Of a stretch of 64,000 nucleotides of DNA, positions 51,201 through 64,000 are shown one piece after another (the first letter of the stretch is position 1; each line of letters starts with the position of its first letter). The position numbers and the translations under genes were made by a program. The stretch lies in the NCBI RefSeq assembly GCF_009834535.1, contig NC_045698.1, positions 8,062,001-8,126,000 of the forward strand, written 5' to 3'. Origin of the DNA: Camelus ferus (taxonomy: Eukaryota). A model generated the notes under the pieces. It saw nothing but the letters and a program-made list of their open reading frames with translations. It was not told where the DNA came from and made no database searches.

Positions 51201-53054
51201 CTGGCTTCATAATAGAGACCAAATCTAGGACCAGCAGGGTCAACTCCAGAGAGGAGGGGCAGGGGAGGAGGAACTCTACTGGGAAGGAGGGGAGGGTGGA
51301 CACTTGCTTTTGCTTCTGTGGTTGGCTCTAGCCAGCTTGGATTTGGCGTTTGGCCCGAAATGAGGCAGGAAAAGTCCAGAATGCATGAAGCCCATGTTAG
51401 AGAGCAGAGACTTGAGTTTCTCCGACTTCCCCGCACACCTGGAGGCCTGGCTAGTGGGTGGGGGCCCCAAGGAGTGGTTGGCTCTTGGACCAGGTGTGAA
51501 CTCTATGCTCACCTTCTAAACTTGGAGTAGAGTCTGTTTTACCAAAAGCACGTGCATTGAGGGGAAGGAGAGGACTGGTTCTCAAGAGGAGAGTCTGTAG
51601 AGCCACCAGAAAAACGCAGGACAGAGATTTCTACCGTCACAACTGATGGCGTACCTGCTAACGACTAATTAACTAATTAGTCCTCTGGGTATAGTTGCTC
51701 ATCAGTTACGACTGCCTGTGTGCCGTCACTCTTCACGACGGGATGCTGCGAGGTCCCTGTGACAGACCCGCTCCGGCAGAAATGAAGCAGGGGTGTAGGA
51801 TGAGAAACGAGTCACTGTTTTAGGAACGCGATCATTCCTCCTACACGTGATTCTGAAGACAGAAGGCAAAATGAATATTCTGGGCTACGGGAAAATCAAT
51901 ATTGGCACAGACAAGTATTATGTGTTGTAAACACTGCTTTCCTTTCCACTGATAAAAGGAACCCTGAAAAGGAGGCTTTTGGCAAACAAATAAACAAAAT
52001 CCGTCTGCAGTGAGGTCTTCCCTTCCATCTTCCAATTCTGCTTCCTGGCCGTGAGGGTCTCAAGCATCCTTCCTTCCTGCCCCCACTGGCCTGGGCTCCG
52101 GCCTCGCTGGATCTCCTCCCACCTCTGGCCTCCCAGCAGGGCATCCCCCCAGGATCTGCTCTTTTGTCTTTCCTACCAGACAGCTCATGACCTCTCTGCC
52201 TTCACCCATTTCCCCCACGTCTCTGACTCCCAAGTGCCATTCTCAGCCCACGCCTCCATCCACAGGTGCTGCTGATGGCAGGAGCAGGGCTGGCAGCAGG
52301 GAGGTGGTGGTGATAACTACGGCTAACAGCCGGCCCCTCCCTGTAATGGGAAATGGTCCAAAGACCTTAAGGGCTTAACATATTTCATCTCACAACAACC
52401 TTACGAGGAAGGTTTTTTATGATTTCCGTTCTACACACAGGGACACCGAGGGCAGGGCAGATGAGCATCATGCCGGGAATCCTGATTTGCTAAAAATCCT
52501 TTTCTCCTTGGATTAGGTGCTCTTTACAACCCAGACCTCCTCTCCTCTCCCCGTGCAGGGCGAGGGCACACACCGCGGGGCTGCACTAGATCACCATCCA
52601 CTGGGCTGAGAGCGGAGGATGTCTGAATTTCTATTCATTTGTTTAACCAAGCAAAATAAAGCAGTGAAGAACTATCATATTTGCTCGGTGAACTGGCACT
52701 GGCCCTCTCACTGGCCCACATTTCAGATGACGGTGTACGTTTTTTATTGAAAGCTACAACGTGGCACGAGTGACAGTGACATCCTTGCTTGTTCGAGTAC
52801 TTCACCTAGGGCTCCTCACTGCTGCTGATGTGTGGCGGTCCTTGCGAAGTTTTGGATTATATTATCTAGCTTTAAACTAACCCTCGCAGCAGGAACAAGA
52901 CAGCGCTACTAATGCAAACATGTTGAAAAGCTGAGGAAACAGCTGTGCTCGCCCATCCACCCACCGTGTTACCCAGCAAACCAGTGATGATGTACTCAGA
53001 CCTAACAGATTCCACCGTGCTGCTCTTTCTGAACGAAGGCTTTGATGATTACCG

Positions 53055-53708
53055 ATGGAAGCCGAACATGGAGACAACCTAAGTGTCCATCAATGGATGC
53101 ATGGAGAAACAAAATATGATTTTATATATATATATGTATATGTATATACACACACATACAATAAATGTTATTCAGCCATGAAGAAGAAGGAAATCTTGCC
53201 ATCTGCAACAGCACGGATGGACCCTGACCACATTAAGCTAAATGAAGTAAGTCAGACAGAGAAAGACTAAGACGGTACGATTTCACTTGCATGTGAAATC
53301 TGAAAAATAAAAACAAAAACAAACCCCACAGGAAAAGAGACCAGATTTGTGGTTACCGTAAGTAGGAGGCTGGGGTGGGGGGAGTAGGAATTGGATGAAG
53401 GTGGTCAAAAGGTCCAAACTTCCAGTTATAAGAGAAATGAGAACTATGGAAGCAACACACATGATGACTGTAGTTAACACTGTTGTGTGTGATGTGTGAA
53501 AATTGGTTAAGAGAGTAGATCCTAAGAGTTCTCATCACAAGTTTAAACTTTTTTTTTCTTTTCTGTGTGTGTGTCTGAGATGATGGATGTTAACTAAACT
53601 TACTGTGGTAATCATTTCACAATATATGTAAGCCAAATAATTATACTGCACATCTTGAACTCATAGAGAGTTGTATGTCAATTATATTTTAATAAAACTG
53701 GAAAAAAT
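53055..53708 (+). mobile_element. L1MA9-like 3' end
   Basis: Motifs caacctaagtgtccatcaatggatg, aagaaggaaatcttgccat, gagagtagatcctaagagttctcatcacaag, gtcaattatattttaataaaactggaaaaaa. Confidence 0.85.
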
Positions 53709-53863
53709 TGGACTAAAATGAAAAAAAAATTATACTGCTTAGAAAAAAATGTAAGCTGAAATAAAAACTTTTAATTGTGGTGTTTCATCTTTAACATAGC
53801 CTGTTTCAAGTTCTGTCTTCAGTATACAGATTTTATTAGTGTAAACAGTCTTAATAGCAAACA

Positions 53864-54301
53864 TGCAGTTAGTTGAGCAGTGTGTCCCCCCTCAAATTCC
53901 CATCTATTAAGAAGCTCAGAATGTGGCCATATGTGGAAATAGTGTCTTTGTAGATGTAATTATGGGAAGATGAGGTCCTTCTGGAATAGAGTGGACCCGA
54001 AATACAATGACAGGTGTCTTCATAAGAGGGCGGGAGACACAGAGACAGAGAGGAAGGCCACGCGAAGATGGAGAAAGAGACTGAAGCGGTGCAGCCGCAG
54101 CCAAGGAGCGGCTGGACCAGCGCAGGTGGAGTGGGCAAGGACGGGCCCTCCTCCCCCAGACCCCAGAGGGAGCCGGCCCTGCGCACACCGTCATGTTCAG
54201 ACTTCTGGCCTTCACCACTGTAAGAGAATACATTTGTGTCGGCTTAAGTCACCCAGTTTGTGGCAATCTGCATGGCAGGGCAGCCTCAGGGTATTAATAT
54301 A
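53864..54301 (+). mobile_element. MaLR solo LTR (MLT1C-like)
   Basis: Motifs ctcagaatgtg.cc.tat.tggaaatag.gtctttg.agatgtaatt, gaaggccacgcgaagatggag, gacttctggcct.ca..actgtaagagaatacattt. Confidence 0.85.
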
Positions 54302-55104
54302 CTACCTGTATAATCTGTAAGTAAAACACCCAGCATGTGGGGGTGCAAGCTGACATCTTCTTCTGGTTGGGGTGGGGGGGTGACAGGATTGTGCAGAGAC
54401 AGCCTTGCTCACATCCCAGCCCAGCCAGGCTTGGGTGCTTCAAAGAGGCCCTGCCCCCCTCATTTCTAGCCTTCTTTTATTTTTCACTGTTTTCTCTGCC
54501 TAGAAAGCTTTCTCTCCCATTTTTCCTTACATCAATATCAGCTATTGCTCAAGGTTCGTGCCAACCACCCAGTTCCTCCTCCGTACGCTATCACATCCAT
54601 CTGGTTTACTCACTGCACTGCCGTCTGGGTGGGTAGACCTTTCTCTCTCCTATAACTTTAAAGCTCCTTCAGGATGAGGCTGACTTCACGCCATCACGCC
54701 ATCATCACACCTGCAGCGCTCACCATAGAACAGTCCACAGAAACGTCACCTAGAACACAGGTGCCCTCAGACAGACCCAGAGGGAGGAGTTTAAAGGAAC
54801 GAAAGCTACCGGGCTCCGACCTGGGTCGGCTCTGGCCACATCTTGATAAAACCTGGCCGAGGACACACATGGAGGCCTTTCCTGGTCCCACGTGGCAGGA
54901 GCAGTGAGTTACAGAAGTCGTCCTGGGTAATAAAACTGGGGTGCAGAGAAGCCTTCTGAACTGTCATATAATGGAATCACCTAACAAGAAGTGAATGCAC
55001 AGCCTCTCACTGAAATTAAAAGGAAACTAAAAATTCAAGGCAAGGGGAGGTAATTCATAGCTTTGCAGAGGTCACATGAAAAGCCATGGCATTCTGATTG
55101 TCCA

Positions 55105-55330
55105 GTTAATAGTGGTTTTAATATTCACAATAGTTAGAAACACAGGATTAGAAGTCAGCTTTTAGTTCTCTCACCCTCAGCTTCCCCGTGTGTAAAATTG
55201 GGACCATAAACAGTCCTGGCAGAGGAATCTAGGCAGGATTGAATTAAATAACGTATATGAAAGGATTAACACTGAGCGTGGAATGCATTACTCAATTCAT
55301 TTTAATGAGCACTGTTATCATCATTGCTGT
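55105..55330 (+). mobile_element. MIR SINE
   Basis: Motifs cctcagcttccccgtgtgtaaaattggga..ataa...aggattgaattaaataacgtatatgaaa. Confidence 0.6.
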
Positions 55331-58024
55331 TACAAACGTCTTCTCATCTTGCTGTCAGGCAAACCTACTCTGACCCCAGGTTGCCCCAAGGTAGCCTTGT
55401 TCCCTCCCTGCACTTCTGATGATTCGGAGAGACAGGACTGGGAGGGAAACTGGCCACAGCAGGACTCCCAGAGGAGAGCAGGGAAGGAGAGCGGCTGGCA
55501 CAGGAGCAGGAGGCCCGGCGCTCAGGGGAGGAGTGGCAGTTGTCATCAGGGCTGTCTTTGAAGAAGGGACATTCTCATGAAGGGCGTATTCTCATGTGAT
55601 TAAAAAGGTCAGAAACAAGATCAGGGAATGAACTTAGAAGGGGTGCTGATTTCAATACAAATTAGTTTACAAGGCTTGAATTATTCAAGGGATCAATAAA
55701 ATGCTTCTAGAGATGGTGAGTAGCCCGTTGCTGGAGGCATTCAAGTGGGGACTGAACGGCCCATTGTCGGGCTTGCTTTTGGTCTAACTGAATAAAGGGC
55801 TTTCAAGTGCTCTCCACACTCTGAGGGTCTTTAAACTGCAGATGCGGTATCTTTCCCCTCTGCCATTTCCCCAGTTAAATAAATGATTATTGAGCATTTG
55901 AAACGAAAAGCCAACTCCCCAGAGCTTCACTACCTGAGAACTGCATGAGGAAGAACATGCTATGACCATTTCATTGCAAACACATCAGCCATGTTACTTA
56001 AGTTATATAATAATGGTGCTTTAAATTTTACTAAAGATTTTTAAAATATTTTTTAAATCTGCACCTTTTAAAAAAGCACCATGGTCTATATTTTGTTTCC
56101 CGAGCATTCCTTCCACCATATGCTATGTGTGGTTTGTAGTGGGCAGGCCAGTCATGAAAAAACAGCATTTGGAAACCATTCTTCACCTAGGTTACCTAAT
56201 GAGATTTATAGGCAATATTATTTGATAATACCTACTGATATAATACCCAATAAAATAATTTTAGTAATATAGTAAGTAATTCCTTACAAGTGCATATTTT
56301 TATATTATTGGTCAAATATTGCAGCTTAAAATAAAACAAGGGGTATAAGTTTGATAGAACCAACAGAAAATGCAGTTGCTAACTGGGGCTCAGATTCAGC
56401 ACTGAAGATGTATCCTTGTATTTATTTCTCTACTGCACTGAATAACAAAAGAAGAGTTTTCCTGTAAATCATGTTTAGAATAAGTTAGATCCTTTAGCAT
56501 GCTTGCAAAACTGTTTCTGAGACAGTGTACATCAAAGATTGCAATGTCTAGGAAACGGATTAATCAAACTTGATTAAAAGCTGCCATTCAGGCTGCAACC
56601 TACACATTAAGTTACGTCAGTAAATTTCTTAGCCATACGTTTTCTTCTTTTATAGACAAGAACATTTATAGCACCAGTCTTGCTTTTTCTCCTGGTTATT
56701 TCATTAGTCACGTTTTCTAAATAAGAAAGCTATGGCTTGTCACTCCCAACATCACTGAATCCTTTCATATAATTTAATTTTAAGATTTATATTTGACCTA
56801 CGTGCTTAAAAACAACAGTGTATAGAAGTCAATTATTTGGTTTAGTGCCAGTAATATATTAGCTACGACAACAATTTCTTAGAAATTCACATTTTATGGA
56901 CGATAACATGAAATTAACAAACGCAAAGTTCTAAGCAAATGTGGCTGTAAAGTAAGCTTTATATATATGCAGTGAGACTTCAAAAAGAAATTAGATGCTA
57001 CTATCTCTTTATATAAAAGGTCTCTGTGCCTTCTTCACTGGAGTACACAATGAGGACAGGTAAAAGAGAAAATTCCAAAGTTTTGCCCTGATCTATATGA
57101 TTCAGCCAAGCAATCTAGAAAAACGCAATCCTTTAGAACCAATCCTTTCATATCCTATGACTTAGGAAAATTAAAAGATAAGGAGTCTCTGGTTTCAAGT
57201 CTAACAACTGAGTAGGGGCTATGGATTTCAAATCTTTATTTTTAAATGGACAATTTGCCTGAAAACTCACTGAATAATACTAAAACTCTTTAATAGAGAA
57301 AAGGCACTGGTCTACAGTAAAACAAATAAGGCAGAGATTAGAAAAGAAAAAAAAGGAAAAGAAATAAAAAACAAAACTAAGACCACACACCCCATAGGCA
57401 ATTATCAGAGAGACTAGAACACTTCAGTTTGTATTACATCCTTCATTCCTTCATTCATTCCCACACACAGAAAACTACCATTCTCTCATCCTCCAAAAAA
57501 ACCATAAAATATGAGAGTATATTCTTTCCTTTTCCTTTTTATTTCTTATAAAGAAATAAGAAAGTCCATGCCAATATGTGCCACGTGTCCTAGAAGTGCA
57601 GGATTCTAGCCCGCGTACCTACTGGCCAGCAATGTGATCCTCCGTGAGTCATTTCTCCATTGATTTAAGGCACGAAATGTGGGGGTATCAGTTTCCGCAC
57701 ACAAAGGAGAATTACATCAAAGATGTAAACAAAGATGCTTTGAGAACTGTAATGCGCTAGAAATACATGTTTGCAATGGCAAAGAGGTTTACCTAGTCTG
57801 GTACTAAACGATAAAGAAAACTTCAACGAATTCTCTTAAGAATATATGTATAAAAGCTTAAAGGAAGTCCAGAAGCTGGAAAAGTTTAAATCATAAGTTT
57901 TAATGCGGAAACAAACTGTGAACCCTAGAAGTTAAAGATATTGGTTTTTAGTAATATTCACTTAGGAAGAATCAAAATTTATTATTCACAGGAAGATGCA
58001 AAAATATTCTCATAAAAGAAGCAT

Positions 58025-58242
58025 GAGGGAGATAAATTAGGAGTTCGGGATTAGCAGATACAAACTACTGTGTACAAAATAGACAAGCAACAAGGTCCTA
58101 CTGTACAGCACAGGGAATTGTAGTCAATAGTTTGTAATAACCTATAATGAAAAAGATTATGCAATGAGACATATAACTGAATCACTATGCTGTACACCAG
58201 AAACCAACACAACATTGTAAATCAACTAGACGTCAATAAAAA
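58025..58242 (+). mobile_element. Short cetartiodactyl-type L1 3' UTR tail with poly(A)
   Basis: Sequence gagggagataaattaggagttcgggattagcagatacaaactact...aacaaggtcctactgtacagcacagggaa...aataaaaaaaaa. TSD aaaagaag(c/t)at at 58014-58024 and 58243-58253. Confidence 0.9.
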
Positions 58243-60180
58243 AAAAGAAGTATTTGATTTTGGACTTGAATTTTAGATTTGGGATGTCTCAAATCTGAAC
58301 ACTCTAACATTTTTTTTAAATTTATTTAAAAAATAAAACACAACTCTACAAGAAAGGCATTATTATATTTTATACTCCACCTGTTTTTCATGATGCCAGG
58401 TTATTAGTTCCTTTTACATTCAGCCATAACAACTCAGCTCTGGTTCTAGATCTGGTTCTCTTTATTTTGCTTGTGTCTCTCACCTTAGGATGGTGGTATA
58501 TGATTTTTTTTCTTCAGAATTAACATACATTTAAAGCCAATGCTTAGCATTCTTGAAAATAACATGGTGCGCTTATAATTCACCTAACACTGGTTTGCAT
58601 GTTCCTTTACACATACAAAAGATTAGTGCCCAATACACTCTTACTCATTCTAACATTTCTTATTGGTGTTTCTCTTTTTTTGGCTTATAGTGGGCACCTA
58701 ATAAATACACGGGACATAATCCATAACTTGAAAAGATAACGGCCACTGGCAATATGCTGAAAGAAGAAAAAAGGCTATAAAAGTGACAGCAATATAAAAT
58801 GGAAAGGATATGCCATTTAATAAAACAAAATGCATCTAATACACAGCATAAAATAAAGACTCCAAGCTGTAGCTAGGGAAATACAAATTTGGTTTCCTAG
58901 TAAGTCAAATTCCCCCAATATGAACATTTAAAACCTTTCCCCTGGAGGTTAAATGTTTATCCGCAGTTTAACTACACAATGTTTAGGGAAGCAATGCTGA
59001 TTCAGTTACGTATTTTCCTATTTAGGATCTCCTAAGAGTTTACTCTTGTTGTTTCCTCGTGTTTTCAATAGCATGTCAAGAAAAATCATTTAACAACAGA
59101 GAGCGTTGAGGGGTTATCTGAAGAACACTCTACACACACATGCCAAGAATACTGAAGGATTTGGCAGATTTCAGGACCAAGACAATAGAGATCCCTGTGA
59201 ATGAAAACCTACGGGAGCAAGATGTTGAACAACGTAAATGGAAGAATTGTTCTTATGTCCAGCAGTTAACAGTTAGCACTTATGACAATTCACCTTTGCG
59301 GTGGAGGGTCTACCAAATATAATATTTAACATGAACCCTCCAAGCAGGCTTGAATTGTGCTAAAGGAGCTATCTCAAAGAATACCGTAAAATGGACCCAT
59401 TCCGCCCTTTATCTCTGTACAAGTGATTTCTTTTTAGAAAAGAATCTATGCACCCCCCCTCAATACAAGACATATGTACTTGTGTCCTCTATCAGAGAAA
59501 ATTTCGAGAATTCCTTGAGACGAATTTTAAGCACACAGCCAGAGTTAAGTCACGTGCCCCGCTATAAAGACAGACCAGGAATCTGACGTATCTACAGTAT
59601 TCACAGATGCAGACGTATATTTATGGGACTCTATCAGCAGAAATCAAATGCCTACAAATAAAACATCATTTAACTCTACAGGAATTCAATTCCCATTTCA
59701 GAAGTAGCGCATCACCAAATCCCTTGCCACTGGTGAGAAAAGCAAAGCCAAAAAGAAACACTTCTCAATAATAACAATTTCTAACATTACATTCAAGCTT
59801 TTAATCAATGTCCAAACAACTTCAGCCTAATGTTCATTTTCAGACACAGAAAAAAATGAAGGTAATAAGGATTTTCTAAATTTTCAACTTTCACCATAGC
59901 CTGGTAGGTGGGCACTTTACTCTCGGATGAACGGAAACATCAGGGCGACAAAGCATGCTTCTGCCGAGGCAAGAAAACACCGAGACCACGGTATTTGAAG
60001 TCAAGTGCCCTAATCCCCCATCCTCAGTTCCTACTGCAATCAAGAGAGCTGCCCGAAATCTTATCAAAGAGCTGAAACCTCACGCGACGACAAACGTTCT
60101 GATCAAAAGATCATCTTTGCTGCTGAACCACAGAAGATGCCAGGGATCCTGGATCAATACCCATATTCCAAATCGAACAG

Positions 60181-60211
60181 AATAATAATAATAATAGTAG
60201 TAGTAGTAGTA

Positions 60212-60276
<65 letters not shown>
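60181..60276. repeat. Compound trinucleotide microsatellite (AAT)5(AGT)5 AAT AGT (AAT)20
   Basis: Seen directly. 32 triplets ending 68 bp from the exon. Confidence 0.97.
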
Positions 60277-60279
<3 letters not shown>

Positions 60280-60343
60280 GGAACGAGGCCTGGTTAGAAG
60301 ACCTCTTCAGCAGCGAGAGCGAAGAGAGAAAGGCTGGTACTCA

Positions 60344-64000
<3,657 letters not shown>

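Overview
This is mammalian genomic DNA, most likely from a camelid (Camelus/Vicugna/Lama). The species call rests on one tRNA-Ala-derived vic-1-type SINE with target-site duplications (TSDs), L1 3' UTRs of cetartiodactyl/camelid type, and no visible Alu, B1, Bov-A/BovB or PRE-1. The window lies inside the neural gene CTNND2 (delta-catenin) on the minus strand. It holds one 256-bp coding exon (60345-60600, ...[19 protein letters not shown]...[10 protein letters not shown], just before the armadillo repeats); the rest is intron. The intron carries the usual eutherian repeats: L1, L2, MIR, MaLR/ERV LTRs, hAT-Charlie, Tigger and microsatellites. Nearly all other ORFs in the track are chance or repeat-derived. 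I found no new multi-gene system. The most interesting items are: a U6 snRNA/L1 chimeric retrocopy with TSDs inside an MLT1 LTR, showing a strong AT-to-GC substitution bias; an in-frame alternative 3' splice site that would add 22 aa to delta-catenin; a possible intronic-polyadenylation isoform ending just before the ARM domain; and a short interstitial telomeric repeat with TCAGGG variants. Repeat family names come from remembered consensus sequences, not a database search. Edges are approximate unless TSDs are given.
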